Assembly (NCBI GenBank): GCA_965207885.1
Contig: OZ242311.1
Coordinates: 5,056,001-5,120,000, forward strand
Source of the DNA: Candidatus Latescibacterota bacterium
Lineage (GTDB): Bacteria > Latescibacterota > UBA2968
Direction of reading: 5' to 3'
DNA length: 64,000 bases
Both the position numbers and the translations under genes were made by a program. Below the pieces are notes generated by a model that saw nothing but the letters and a program-made list of their open reading frames with translations, was not told the origin of the DNA and did no database searches. Below are positions 28,663 to 38,721 of this stretch, in pieces. How positions within the stretch are numbered: position 1 is the stretch's first letter; every line of letters starts with the position of its first letter.

Positions 28663-29466
28663 ATGCACGCAAACCCACACCAAATGAGGCGTTTTGAAAA
28701 TAAGATCGCCCTCATCACAGGTGGCGCTTCTGGCATTGGTCGGGCAACGGCAAATCGCCTCGCAGACGAAGGCGCACACGCAATCATCGCAGACCTGAAT
28801 GTAGAGATGGGCAATCGCGCCGTATCTCAGATCCGAGAAGCCGGTGGCGAAGCCACATTTTTACAAGTCGATTTGTCAGACGATACATCCGTCAGAAAAG
28901 CGGGTCGGATCGTCTCGGAAACATTCCCCACACTTCACATACTCGTGAACAACGCCGCCATATTGAGACAAGGCAATATTGAAGACGGCGAATGGCGGCA
29001 AAACTGGGAACCCGAAACGAGAATTGTAAGAGGTTGGGTGCTGCTAACCGAAGTCCTCTTGCCCCTGTTAAAAAAACAGGGCGGCGCAATCGTCAACACC
29101 TCCTCTGAAGGGGGATTCCTCGGGCGCAAGAACATGCTGGTCTATGATGCGATCAAAGCAAGCCTGGTTTCGATGACAAAAACAATGGCCTATGAGTTCG
29201 TTGATTACTGCATTCGCGTCAATGCCGTGGCACCGGGCTGGGTCGTCACAGAAATGCACTTTGGCAATGCCCCAGATCCGCAGGCGCGCAGAAAAGAACT
29301 GGAAGAAACACCGATCTCATCCTGCATCATGGGGCGACGCGCACAACCCGAAGAAGTCGCCTCTGTCATCGCCTTCCTCCTCAGTGAAGACGCCTCCTAT
29401 ATCACAGCCCAAACCATCCATATTGACGGTGGACGCTGGGGCATGAACTTGCCGAAAAAAAAATAA
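28663..29466 (+). CDS. Short-chain dehydrogenase/reductase (SDR)
   Basis: TGGASGIG, NNAA, YDAIK, IRVNAVAPG, IDGG. Confidence 0.93.
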   Translation: MHANPHQMRRFENKIALITGGASGIGRATANRLADEGAHAIIADLNVEMGNRAVSQIREAGGEATFLQVDLSDDTSVRKAGRIVSETFPTLHILVNNAAILRQGNIEDGEWRQNWEPETRIVRGWVLLTEVLLPLLKKQGGAIVNTSSEGGFLGRKNMLVYDAIKASLVSMTKTMAYEFVDYCIRVNAVAPGWVVTEMHFGNAPDPQARRKELEETPISSCIMGRRAQPEEVASVIAFLLSEDASYITAQTIHIDGGRWGMNLPKKK

Positions 29467-29556
29467 AAAATCGCAACCGCCGACGCCATCGTGCGATCTG
29501 CTCAGGAGCATAAAACCCGTCGATATATAAACCCATCACCTTCTAAGGAGACCGTC

Positions 29557-30147
29557 ATGGACAAAGTACTCATCATCGTAGGAGACGCCACAGAAACCGT
29601 CGATACGCTATACCCATTTCTCAGAATACAGGAAGACGGATTCACCCCCGTTGTCGCCGGGCCAGACAAGCGACGCTATCAAATGGTACTCCACGAAATC
29701 TCCCCCGGCTGGGACATCACCGAAGAATGGAAAGGGTATTCGATCAACGCCGACATCGCCTTTCGAGACGTTGACCCCTCCGAATACGTCGGCATCTTCT
29801 TCTCTGGTGGTCGCGCCCCCGAATACATTCGCGACGACCCCGATCTCATTCGCATCACGCGTTATTTCTTTGAACACAACAAACCCGTTGCCAGCGTCTG
29901 TCACGGCGTTGAAATCCCGTGTCGCGCAGGCGTAGTAAAAGGGCGTCGCATGGCCTGCGTTTGGAAATGTCAATTTGACCTCGAAGTCTGCGGCGGCATC
30001 TTCGTTGATGAACCGTGCGTCATCGACGGCAATCTGGTCAGTGGCCGCGTGTGGAACGACCACGGACAGTACATGAAACACTGGATGAACCTGCTCATCG
30101 AAGAACGCGAAAAAATGAAAACCCGCGAAACAGTCGCCGCCGATTAG
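29557..30147 (+). CDS. DJ-1/PfpI family protein
   Basis: SGGRAPEYIR, ASVCHG nucleophile elbow, DGNLVSGR; RBS AAGGAG. Confidence 0.9.
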   Translation: MDKVLIIVGDATETVDTLYPFLRIQEDGFTPVVAGPDKRRYQMVLHEISPGWDITEEWKGYSINADIAFRDVDPSEYVGIFFSGGRAPEYIRDDPDLIRITRYFFEHNKPVASVCHGVEIPCRAGVVKGRRMACVWKCQFDLEVCGGIFVDEPCVIDGNLVSGRVWNDHGQYMKHWMNLLIEEREKMKTRETVAAD

Positions 30148-30186
30148 ACGGAGCGGGGTAAAACTGGTCGTTTCTCAGACCAGTTC

Positions 30187-30247
30187 ATAGACGAATCCCA
30201 TCCCGCCACCCAAAGTCAGTGCGAATCTCGATTCGTTGATTCGTTGA
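30187..30247. repeat. Intergenic octamer-arm element, copy A
   Basis: ATAGACGAAT ... CCACCCAAAGT ... GATTCGTTGATTCGTTGA; same layout as 37298-37390. Confidence 0.65.
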
Positions 30248-30260
30248 GAGGAGTAAGTGT

Positions 30261-30701
30261 ATGATCATCTCAGACCTGCGCGAGATTGAAGGCCGACAAT
30301 TTCCCGCACGCAGAAGAACACAGCCTGTTGCAGGTACTGGCACCCCCATCCCTACCGAGGAATTCTCCGTTGGATTCGTCACCTTCGAACCCAACGGAGG
30401 GCAGGTACCCTGGCACAATCAGGCACAGGAAGAAATCTACTTCGTCATAGAAGGCGAAGGCGAAATGTGTCTTGGAACCGAAAGACAAACCCTGAAAGCC
30501 GGTCAGGCCGTGTACATTCCCCCGGGAGAATATCATCAACTCACCAACCTGGGAGACGTACCCCTGAAAATGATCTACTGCTGTGCCGCTGGCTTTATTG
30601 CGCACCCGCAGCAGGAAATGACCGGCACCCTGCCGAAGGCAGGCATCGACGTACCTCCCCTACCCGATGGCGCGCAACCACAACAGACAGCCCCGCCATA
30701 A
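30261..30701 (+). CDS. Cupin-domain protein
   Basis: PWHNQAQEEIYFVIEGEG and GQAVYIPPGEYHQLTN cupin motifs. Confidence 0.9.
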   Translation: MIISDLREIEGRQFPARRRTQPVAGTGTPIPTEEFSVGFVTFEPNGGQVPWHNQAQEEIYFVIEGEGEMCLGTERQTLKAGQAVYIPPGEYHQLTNLGDVPLKMIYCCAAGFIAHPQQEMTGTLPKAGIDVPPLPDGAQPQQTAPP

Positions 30702-30722
30702 ACGCGAACAAGGACGGACCAA

Positions 30723-32303
30723 ATGCCAACTTCACAAACATCATCCCCACATCTGGGCGGCTTGCAACCCCGTGGCACGCGCCGTCTCATCTACGTCAGC
30801 GACCCTTCAAACACCACCAGCCACCTCAGCGTCCCGGCGGCCAAACCCGAAGAACTGCGTCAGATCGTTCGCAATTACGCCTCCGCGGGCAGTATCGACA
30901 CCCTCGTACAGGAAATCTTCGCCGAAGCAATGACCATGTTCTGGCGAACCGACAAATGCCCTTACGACATCCGGCACCAGCACCAGCGCCTGATACCCAT
31001 AATGGACAGCGGAATCATGCCCGTCGAAGTCTATATCGACGAATGCCATAAGCAGGGCATGGAGTTTATCGCTGGTTTTCGAATGAACGACCGCCACGGC
31101 CACCACACGGAATTCTTCAAAAAACTCTGCGACGAAAAACCCGAATGGGTACTCAGAGAATACAAACCCTCCACCAGACGCGCATCGCCCGAAAGCCGCA
31201 AATACGGGTGCTCCTTAAACTACGCCATACCAGAAGTGCGCGCCTATCTACTCGCCATCATGGAAGAAGTCGCCAACCGCTTCGACATCGACGGCATGGA
31301 ATTTAACTTCACCCGCCTTGCAGAATGTTTTCCCCGAGCCGAACTATCACACAGTCACAGCACCATGAACGGCTTTATTCGACAAGTCCGCAACATGCTG
31401 GACAGTGCCCATTCCCCAACAGGCAGAGACCGAAACCTCATCCTCGGCGTACGCGTACCCCAGCAAATGGCGGGCTGCAAAAACCTGAGCTTGGACGTAC
31501 CCACCTGGATCAAAGAGGGCCTGATCGACTATGTCGCACCCGGAGATTTTGGATTCACTGACTTCAACGAAAAATACGAAGACTTTGTATCAATAGCCCG
31601 GCAGCACAACTGTTATGTCTATCCTCAAGTACAACCCAGACTCAGTATAGATACAGAATTTCTCATGGACATGTCCCAATACCGCGCCGCATTGCAAAAC
31701 TTCTATGCCGCAGGTGCCGATGGCTTTTCGACCCAGAATTACTTCTTTCACTGGGGCCCTCAGTTTGAACCCCCGGGAACTAATGGCGCAAAAAACCCCA
31801 TAATGTATCCAGCAGCGATGAACGACCTCGTAGAATTAAAAGACCCGCAAAACATCGGCCCGGACCGACACTACACATTCCGTTCACTCTGGGCAAATAG
31901 CAAAAGTTTGGGCGAAGTCTATGTAAAAGAAGAACTCGTCCTCTCCCGCCAAAAAACGGGACAACGAGATACCTTCAGATTTCGCCTGTGTGAACATCTC
32001 CCCTCAGAACCCATCCCTTCAGAAAACACCCTGACGTTCTATGCCCAAGGCTTGTCAAAAGAGGACGCCCTCACAGTTGACATCAACGGCACCAAAATCC
32101 CATCTCAAGATCTGAAATGGACCTGGCCTGATAACGACCAACCCCCATCGTGTACAATCGCGTTATCAAACCCGCCATTTATTTATGGCGACAACCACCT
32201 GGGACTGACCATCTCAAAATCTGCGGAGAACATCAAAGAAGATATCGTCGTTGATCACATAGAATGCGGGATCCGATCTCATTCCCAGACAGACGACCAA
32301 TAG
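30723..32303 (+). CDS. Glycoside-hydrolase-like TIM-barrel protein (GHL10/DUF187-like)
   Basis: FRMNDRH, LNYAIPEVR, FDIDGMEFNF and DVPTWIKEGLIDY pattern. Confidence 0.6.
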   Translation: MPTSQTSSPHLGGLQPRGTRRLIYVSDPSNTTSHLSVPAAKPEELRQIVRNYASAGSIDTLVQEIFAEAMTMFWRTDKCPYDIRHQHQRLIPIMDSGIMPVEVYIDECHKQGMEFIAGFRMNDRHGHHTEFFKKLCDEKPEWVLREYKPSTRRASPESRKYGCSLNYAIPEVRAYLLAIMEEVANRFDIDGMEFNFTRLAECFPRAELSHSHSTMNGFIRQVRNMLDSAHSPTGRDRNLILGVRVPQQMAGCKNLSLDVPTWIKEGLIDYVAPGDFGFTDFNEKYEDFVSIARQHNCYVYPQVQPRLSIDTEFLMDMSQYRAALQNFYAAGADGFSTQNYFFHWGPQFEPPGTNGAKNPIMYPAAMNDLVELKDPQNIGPDRHYTFRSLWANSKSLGEVYVKEELVLSRQKTGQRDTFRFRLCEHLPSEPIPSENTLTFYAQGLSKEDALTVDINGTKIPSQDLKWTWPDNDQPPSCTIALSNPPFIYGDNHLGLTISKSAENIKEDIVVDHIECGIRSHSQTDDQ

Positions 32304-32372
32304 CCTGCGGACAAATACAGAATGCAAAACGCCCCGGTAGAAGTGTTTCTTTTTTTCCACAAGAGATGTATC

Positions 32373-32401
32373 TTGACTTCAAGAAATTTTAATAATATCC
32401 T
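32373..32401 (+). promoter_or_regulatory. Sigma-70-like promoter
   Basis: TTGACT-N17-TATCCT, about 55 bp upstream of ATG 32457. Confidence 0.45.
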
Positions 32402-32456
32402 GAAGAAAGACCCATAGATCCTGCAGTCATCTGCGCCACAACAGAAAGGACAAGAC

Positions 32457-32876
32457 ATGGATACACAACCAGGCAGACAAGATCGGACTACATACCCGAT
32501 ACAAGACGATGTGCGATTGGAAGTCTATTGGCGGAACGACCGCGCGGGTTACGGTCCCGCGGCGTCTGTGTATGCTTACAACCAGGAGGTTTTGCGTCTG
32601 GACTGCTTTGGAGAGGCAAAAAAACACGGCGGGAAAGGTCACTGCCACATCAACCTGAAACAGACCCGGGCAAGGCAATGGATGTACCCTCCCGGAACGG
32701 TTCGAGACCATATCGGGCACGCGATGCACGATCTGACACACAACCTGCGTTTTTGTCTCACGACAAATGTGGATGAAAGGATACAGCAAATCGAGATCGA
32801 CCAGGAAACACTACAACCGATTGCCCAGGAGGTTGAAGCAAAAATGCTGGCATTTGCAGACAAGCTCGACTTATAA
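32457..32876 (+). CDS. Hypothetical protein (LRLDCF..GHCH motif)
   Basis: RBS AAAGGA; 139-aa ORF with its own promoter-like sequence and a downstream hairpin. Confidence 0.75.
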   Translation: MDTQPGRQDRTTYPIQDDVRLEVYWRNDRAGYGPAASVYAYNQEVLRLDCFGEAKKHGGKGHCHINLKQTRARQWMYPPGTVRDHIGHAMHDLTHNLRFCLTTNVDERIQQIEIDQETLQPIAQEVEAKMLAFADKLDL

Positions 32877-32922
32877 TCAGGCGTTCCTTGCGGCTCTGAG
32901 AGGGGCTGCAAGGAATATTTGA
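32877..32922. terminator. Long GNRA-capped hairpin (terminator or processing stem)
   Basis: TTCCTTGCGGCTCT-GAGA-GGGGCTGCAAGGAA, extended by TCAGG/TTTGA; no clear U-tract. Confidence 0.45.
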
Positions 32923-32974
32923 TCGAATTCTCGAAACGCTATTGCAGAAACATCTCGAATAACCGGAGCGTACG

Positions 32975-34420
32975 ATGGGCACCCTGCACGGACATATTAT
33001 TGACAGCGCGACCGGCGAACACATCAACGCCAAAGTACACGTCCTGACCGCCAACGGTCGTTTTTGTCACCCGCGCGATGCCATGCTCAAACGCGGCCCC
33101 GGCACACCCTTCTTCTTCTGCGATGGCGAATTTGAAGTTCAAGCCTCGCGCGGGCGCACCGACATATTGGTCGAACGCGGCACGGAATACGAACCCGTCC
33201 GCACCGTGGTCGAAATGCCGGAAAACGGCGTCAAAGACGTCGAAATCACCCTCAACCGCTGGTATATCCCGCAGGAAAACAACTGGTATCCGGGCAACAC
33301 ACACATCCACTACGACGAAAAAGAAACCCGCCCCGACGACCGACTCGCCATTGACTGTAGCGTGGAAGGCTACAACGTCACCGTCGTAAGCGTCCTCGAC
33401 AGAAGACAACTCCCCTACGCCAGCAACAAATATCCCATCGGCGTGATGAACGAATTTACCACCGCACATCACGTACTCGACATCGGCGAAGAAAACCGCC
33501 ACTACGGCGAAAACTCGCCCTGGGGGTTCGGATATGGACACGTCATGTTCCTCAACATCCGCAACCTCATCCAACCCGTCAGCCGCGGCCACATCCTCAC
33601 AGCGCAATTCGACCCCGACTATCCCCCCCTGTGCTTTTGCTGTGACGAAGCCCGCGATCAGGGCGGCATTGTGATATGGTGTCACAATGGTCGCGGCATG
33701 GAAGCCCCCATTGCCGCGGCACTGGGCAAACTGGACGCCTTCAACCTCTTCGACCCCTTCTGGATGGACCCCGAATACGACCTGTGGTACAAACTGCTCA
33801 ACTGCGGCATCGCCTTGCCCGCCTCTACCGGCACCGACTGGTTCGTCTGCTCCAACAACCGCGTCTATGTCAACACCAGAGGCGCGTTCTCCTACGAAAA
33901 CTGGATAACCGGTATGAAATCGGGCAACACCTTTATCACCAATGGTCCCGCTATTGACCTGAACGTAAACGACCACCCCATGGGCGCCACAGTTGAATTG
34001 CCCTCTGGCGGCTCGCTCGACATAGAATCCACATTCACGTCCTATTACCCCATTCACTGCGCCGAAATCGCGATGAATGGCCGCATCATTCATAGGGAAA
34101 ACTATCCCGAAGGCAAACGCGAAGGCGCCATTCGCCATCGGGTCAATATCGACCGCGACGGCTGGGTCGCAGCCCGGCTCTGGGGCAACCAGCGCGACAG
34201 CTTTGACCAATCGATCTACGCACACAGCAGTCCGGTTTATTTTGCCTGCGGCCGTCCACCTGCCGAACGCAACGAATCCGCACAGTATTTTCTCAACGGT
34301 ATCGAAGACGCGCTCAAATGGATCGACACCTATGGTCGTTACAACACCGACCAGCAACGTGAAGAAGTCATAGACCTGTTCCGACAAGGACGAGAGGCGT
34401 ATGCGAGTCTGATAAATTGA
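32975..34420 (+). CDS. CehA/McbA-family (PHP-like) metallohydrolase
   Basis: VERGTEY, WYPGNTHIH, GEE, YGHV, WCH, WYKLLNCG, STGTD, RVYV, FITNGP, AHSSPVY. Confidence 0.85.
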   Translation: MGTLHGHIIDSATGEHINAKVHVLTANGRFCHPRDAMLKRGPGTPFFFCDGEFEVQASRGRTDILVERGTEYEPVRTVVEMPENGVKDVEITLNRWYIPQENNWYPGNTHIHYDEKETRPDDRLAIDCSVEGYNVTVVSVLDRRQLPYASNKYPIGVMNEFTTAHHVLDIGEENRHYGENSPWGFGYGHVMFLNIRNLIQPVSRGHILTAQFDPDYPPLCFCCDEARDQGGIVIWCHNGRGMEAPIAAALGKLDAFNLFDPFWMDPEYDLWYKLLNCGIALPASTGTDWFVCSNNRVYVNTRGAFSYENWITGMKSGNTFITNGPAIDLNVNDHPMGATVELPSGGSLDIESTFTSYYPIHCAEIAMNGRIIHRENYPEGKREGAIRHRVNIDRDGWVAARLWGNQRDSFDQSIYAHSSPVYFACGRPPAERNESAQYFLNGIEDALKWIDTYGRYNTDQQREEVIDLFRQGREAYASLIN

Positions 34421-34447
34421 AAACCCCGAACAAGAAACCACAACACC

Positions 34448-35248
34448 ATGACCGAAGACGAAAAATATCTCTTTGACCTCAACGGGTATCTCGTCGTTGA
34501 AAACGTTTTAACCGAAGACGAACTCGCCCTGGCTAACGAAGCGGTTGATCGCCACCTCGACAAGGGGCGTATCCGCCCGAGAGAACAGCGTCTTGACGGC
34601 GACTCACCAGCCCTTGAAGGCACGCATGGTCGCGGCGAACTCGGCAGCCTCATCCACTGGGACGAACCCTGGTGCAACCCCTTCCGCGACATGCTGGCGC
34701 ATCCCCTCATTGTGCCCTATCTCAACGAAATACTCGGCAAAGGCTTTCGCATCGATCACCAGATGTTCCTGCTCTGGATGAACAAAGGTGCCGAAGGCCA
34801 TCGCTTCCACGGCTCCTCTGGACCCGGATTTGACCCCAACCAATATTACATATTCAAAGATGGCAAAATGCACAACGGCCTCACCGTCGTCTCCATCCAG
34901 CTCACAGATGTCAACGCAGGCGACGGCGGCCTCTCCCTCATCCCGGGATCGCACAAAAGCAATTATCCCTGTCCTCAAGAAATGCGCCTGTATCAAAAAC
35001 ACCAGGAACACATCCGCCAGATCACCTGTAAGGCAGGCGACGCAATCATCTTCACCGAAGCCGTCACACACGGCACCCTGCCCTGGAAAGCGGATCATCC
35101 GCGACGGTCAACGCTTACCCGCTACACCGCCGGCAACATGGCGTATGTACGCGCCTACGACATACCCGAATGGGCAAACGAACGGCAACGCGCAGTCATG
35201 GAACCGCCCTATCACACGCGGCTAAATCGCCCAACACTCGAAGAATGA
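34448..35248 (+). CDS. Phytanoyl-CoA dioxygenase (PhyH) family protein
   Basis: YLFDLNGYLVVENVL, GG..IPGSHK, KAGDAIIFTEAVTHG. Confidence 0.9.
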   Translation: MTEDEKYLFDLNGYLVVENVLTEDELALANEAVDRHLDKGRIRPREQRLDGDSPALEGTHGRGELGSLIHWDEPWCNPFRDMLAHPLIVPYLNEILGKGFRIDHQMFLLWMNKGAEGHRFHGSSGPGFDPNQYYIFKDGKMHNGLTVVSIQLTDVNAGDGGLSLIPGSHKSNYPCPQEMRLYQKHQEHIRQITCKAGDAIIFTEAVTHGTLPWKADHPRRSTLTRYTAGNMAYVRAYDIPEWANERQRAVMEPPYHTRLNRPTLEE

Positions 35249-35284
35249 TCAAGTCTGGGCATCCTGCGAAAGAGCACATCCCGT

Positions 35285-36607
35285 ATGAAACCAATCACGA
35301 GAAGAGCACTCATCCGTTCCGGCCTTGCCTGTTGTGCGATCGCCCCATGGTTAAAAACTCTGATAGCGAGCGCCAACACTGGCCAGCTTGAACCACAAAC
35401 AAGGAGGCACACCATGACACGGACATCATCTGGCGTCACCGACACCGAGATCATACTCGGTGTATCCGCCGCGTTCTCTGGTCCATCCCGGGGGTTGGGC
35501 ATCGAACTGTATCGCGGTGCCAGTGCGTATTTCACACACATCAATCAGCAGGGAGGCATATCGGGACGCAAAATAGTTCTCAAAACCTATGACGACGGCT
35601 ACCAGCCCGACCCCTCCGTCAAAAACACCTTGCAATTGATGTTGGAAGACGAAGTGTTTTTGCTCTTCGGTTATGTCGGAACGCCCACCGTAACCCGCGT
35701 GCTCCCCATGCTCAAAAAGTTCCAGGACAAAGACATCTTTTTATTCTTTCCATTCACTGGCGCGCAACCCCAGCGAGAACCGCCTTATGGCGACTTCGCC
35801 TTTAATCTGCGCGCCTCCTACCGCCAGGAAACCGCTGGTCTCGTGGATAATTTTATCCGCATCAACCGAAAACGCATTGCCGTATTCTATCAAGCCGATG
35901 CTTATGGTCGCAGTGGATGGGCAGGCGTAAGAAGTGCCTTAAAGCGTCACGGAGAACAAATAGTGGGCGAAGCCACGTACCGCCGCGGAGAAAAATTCAC
36001 CGGCAGCATGCGAAAACAGGTCGAAATACTGAAAGCATCAGACCCAGAAGCTGTGATCTGCATCGGAGCCTATGCGGCTTGTGCGGCCTTTGCGCGCGAC
36101 GCCGTCAACCTCGGCCTGCGGGTTCCAATTGCCAACCTGTCCTTTGTCGGAAGCGAAAACCTCTTAAAACTCCTCACCGAAGGACAGGACAACAGCGACT
36201 CATACACGCAACTGCTCGTAAACTCCCAGGTCGTGCCCAGTTATGAAGAAACATCCACGCCAGCGATCCAGGAGTACCGCGAAATGATGCAACAATACGC
36301 CCCACAACCACCCGAAGAACTGGTAAAAGAAGACTACACACCCTTCGCGCACAGCTTTGTTAGCCTCGAGGGATTTCTCAACGCCAAATTAATGGTTGAA
36401 ATTCTGCGACGCCTCGACGACAACCCGCAGCGAAACCAGCTCGAAGACGCGGTCTTCAGCATTCAGGATTTCGATCTGGGCATCGGCGAACAGGTCTCTT
36501 TTGGTCCAGACCGACGGCAGGGCCTACAGCGAGTCTATTACACAGTTGTCGAAAACGGCCGTTTTGTCACACTGGATAACTGGGAAGACAGGTTTGGCAT
36601 AAAATGA
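35285..36607 (+). CDS. Periplasmic ligand-binding protein (branched-chain amino acid/ANF type) with Tat-like signal
   Basis: TRRALIR signal; SAAFSGP, GGISGRKI, DDGYQP, GYVGTPT, NLRASY, DAYG. Confidence 0.88.
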   Translation: MKPITRRALIRSGLACCAIAPWLKTLIASANTGQLEPQTRRHTMTRTSSGVTDTEIILGVSAAFSGPSRGLGIELYRGASAYFTHINQQGGISGRKIVLKTYDDGYQPDPSVKNTLQLMLEDEVFLLFGYVGTPTVTRVLPMLKKFQDKDIFLFFPFTGAQPQREPPYGDFAFNLRASYRQETAGLVDNFIRINRKRIAVFYQADAYGRSGWAGVRSALKRHGEQIVGEATYRRGEKFTGSMRKQVEILKASDPEAVICIGAYAACAAFARDAVNLGLRVPIANLSFVGSENLLKLLTEGQDNSDSYTQLLVNSQVVPSYEETSTPAIQEYREMMQQYAPQPPEELVKEDYTPFAHSFVSLEGFLNAKLMVEILRRLDDNPQRNQLEDAVFSIQDFDLGIGEQVSFGPDRRQGLQRVYYTVVENGRFVTLDNWEDRFGIK

Positions 36608-37323
36608 AAATCAAAAAACTCTTTCAAAAAACGCGGTTCGGCATCTTCGCGCTATTTGGTATAATCAGCCTGTCAACATCCGCCTTGTGTATTTATACGG
36701 TCGATACGCACTTGTCGGAGGAATACGAGAACAACAGCAAGAACATCGCGAAGACCATCGCCGACTCCAGTGTCGATATTCTCTTAAATCGGGACCTCGC
36801 AGCTCTGCAGTCGCTCATTGATCAATTTGTCGAAATCCAGAGCATCAAATACATCTATATTACAGATGAATCAGGTGAATTTCTCGCCCACACATTTGTG
36901 CCTGGCATTCCCGAAGTCATTCGAACAGACGACCCATTTAAGACAGAAGCCATAGAACGCAACCTGCCCGGAATGGGCGATTTCGTGGAAGTGGGCAGTC
37001 CGATTCTGGCGGGCATTGCCGGCACGGTTCACGTGGGCATGGACACGGGGCTGATTGCGCTTAAAATTCAAAGAGCAATCGGAAGGCAGGTCTATCTCAT
37101 CTGCATCATACTCGTGGTCGGCTTCTTTGCTGCGATATGGCTCGTCAACCTCGCGGCGAATCCCCTCGGCGATCTCCTCGCTTATGCAGTGGGTCGCGCG
37201 CGCGGTGAAGAAGGGACCTCGGACGAAAAATTGCTATCGCGCGACGACGAGGTCGGATACCTCGCCAACCTCTTCTTCTATGTTTCTGAGGGTAAAGAGA
37301 CGAATAGACGAATAGACGAATAG
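36604..37323 (+). CDS. Two-TM periplasmic-sensor protein with HAMP-like end and no output domain
   Basis: TM, periplasmic domain, TM, then ANPL..SRDDEVGYLA (HAMP) and stop; 4-nt overlap with the upstream binding-protein gene. Confidence 0.75.
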   Translation: MKIKKLFQKTRFGIFALFGIISLSTSALCIYTVDTHLSEEYENNSKNIAKTIADSSVDILLNRDLAALQSLIDQFVEIQSIKYIYITDESGEFLAHTFVPGIPEVIRTDDPFKTEAIERNLPGMGDFVEVGSPILAGIAGTVHVGMDTGLIALKIQRAIGRQVYLICIILVVGFFAAIWLVNLAANPLGDLLAYAVGRARGEEGTSDEKLLSRDDEVGYLANLFFYVSEGKETNRRIDE

Positions 37324-37390
37324 ACGAACTCCGCCCTACCACCCAAAGTTGTTACAAACTCCGTCGTTGATTCGTTGATTCGTTGATTCG
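37298..37390. repeat. Intergenic octamer-arm element, copy B
   Basis: About four AGACGAAT units (37298-37329), core CCACCCAAAGT, about three TTCGTTGA units (37364-37390). Confidence 0.75.
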
Positions 37391-37407
37391 CCACTGGACA
37401 CATAAAA

Positions 37408-38709
37408 ATGGCAAAACGGGAAATACAGATTCCGCGTTCAGTCATCGCGCTCTTATGCACGCTCCTGCAACTCTGTTTCGGCACCGTGTACGCGTGGAGC
37501 TTCTTTCAAACGCTTCTGGTCAGACAACTCGGCTGGACGTTCACAGAAACCGCATGGGCTTTTAGTATCGCGATCTTTTCACTCGGCACATCCGCAGCCT
37601 GGGCAGGTGCGACGCTACCGCGGTTCGGACCCCGAAAACTCGCAGTCGCGGGCAGCATCATGTTTTCCGGTGGTTATATGATCGCAAGCCTTGCCCTTCA
37701 TCTGGACTTTATCCCACTCTTTTACCTGGGATACGGCGTTATCGGCGGTGCCGGAATTGGACTTGGCTATGTGACGCCGGTTGCAACTGCGGCAAAATGG
37801 TTTCCCGATCGCAAGGGTCTGGTGACAGGCATCGTCGTGATGGGATTTGGCGTGGGTGCATTTCTCTTGAGCAAAATTTTGGCACCCTTTCTCGTACTGC
37901 GCACAGAATCGGATCTGCCCCTTGTCTTCTTGTGGCTCGGCATAGTATTTGCCTGTATCCTCTTGCCCTCCAGCTTTGTGTTGAGCGATCCCAAAACCGC
38001 AGCTATACCCGCTGTTGCCGACGATGACCCCATGGAATTCGAAGACACCGTCGCGCCCTATCTGCGGTCTTCTGAATTTGTCCTCATGTGGATCGTATTT
38101 TTTTGCAACATCGCCGCGGGCATCTCTGTCATCAGCTTTCAGTCAGAACTCCTGCAAGAAGTTTGGGGATTTGCAGATCCATCTCTGGAACCGATGACAC
38201 TCGCCGAATATGGAGCAACTTTGATCGCCGTCAGTTCTCTGTGCAACGGCGTGGGGAGGCTGTTCTGGGGATTGCTATCGGATCGCATCGGTCGCGTTGG
38301 CGTCTTCAGAATCTTACTCGCCAGCCAAATGATCGTCTTCGGTATCTTGATGACGGAGCGCAACCCCTGGATCTTTTCCGCGCTCGTTTGTTATGTTCTC
38401 TTGTGCTTTGGCGGCGGCTTTGCCACAATGCCATCTTTTGTTCTCGACGTTTTTGGCAGCAAAAAAATGTCCACAATCTACGGGGCAATCCTAACCGCCT
38501 GGGCAGCAGCGGGAATCTTTGGACCGCTCTACGTGGGATACCTGAAAGACGAATACCCCGACCGCGCAGTCATCTATTGCTTCTTAATCGGAATTTTTAT
38601 GCTCGGCCTCGGGTACGTCTTCTCCTATTTGTTAAACGACGACCACATTCGCCTTAGTAGGCCAACGCTGGAAAGCACCCTGCGCCAGTATGGCATCTTA
38701 CCCCGATAA
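37408..38709 (+). CDS. MFS transporter, oxalate:formate antiporter (OFA) family
   Basis: GTVYAWS, GLGYVTPVA..KWFPDRKGLVTG..VMGFG, GR..WG.LSDRIGR, FGGGF. Confidence 0.92.
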   Translation: MAKREIQIPRSVIALLCTLLQLCFGTVYAWSFFQTLLVRQLGWTFTETAWAFSIAIFSLGTSAAWAGATLPRFGPRKLAVAGSIMFSGGYMIASLALHLDFIPLFYLGYGVIGGAGIGLGYVTPVATAAKWFPDRKGLVTGIVVMGFGVGAFLLSKILAPFLVLRTESDLPLVFLWLGIVFACILLPSSFVLSDPKTAAIPAVADDDPMEFEDTVAPYLRSSEFVLMWIVFFCNIAAGISVISFQSELLQEVWGFADPSLEPMTLAEYGATLIAVSSLCNGVGRLFWGLLSDRIGRVGVFRILLASQMIVFGILMTERNPWIFSALVCYVLLCFGGGFATMPSFVLDVFGSKKMSTIYGAILTAWAAAGIFGPLYVGYLKDEYPDRAVIYCFLIGIFMLGLGYVFSYLLNDDHIRLSRPTLESTLRQYGILPR

Positions 38710-38721
38710 TGAGGAATACAC

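Noticed and set aside
32939-34441. Long antisense ORFs (32939-34441, 20345-21337, 47945-49033, 52264-53310, 58238-59284 and others)
   Set aside because: They are shadows of well-supported genes on the opposite strand, with no motifs of their own.
37298-37390. CRISPR array
   Set aside because: The repeats are contiguous 8-mers without unique spacers, and there are no cas genes.
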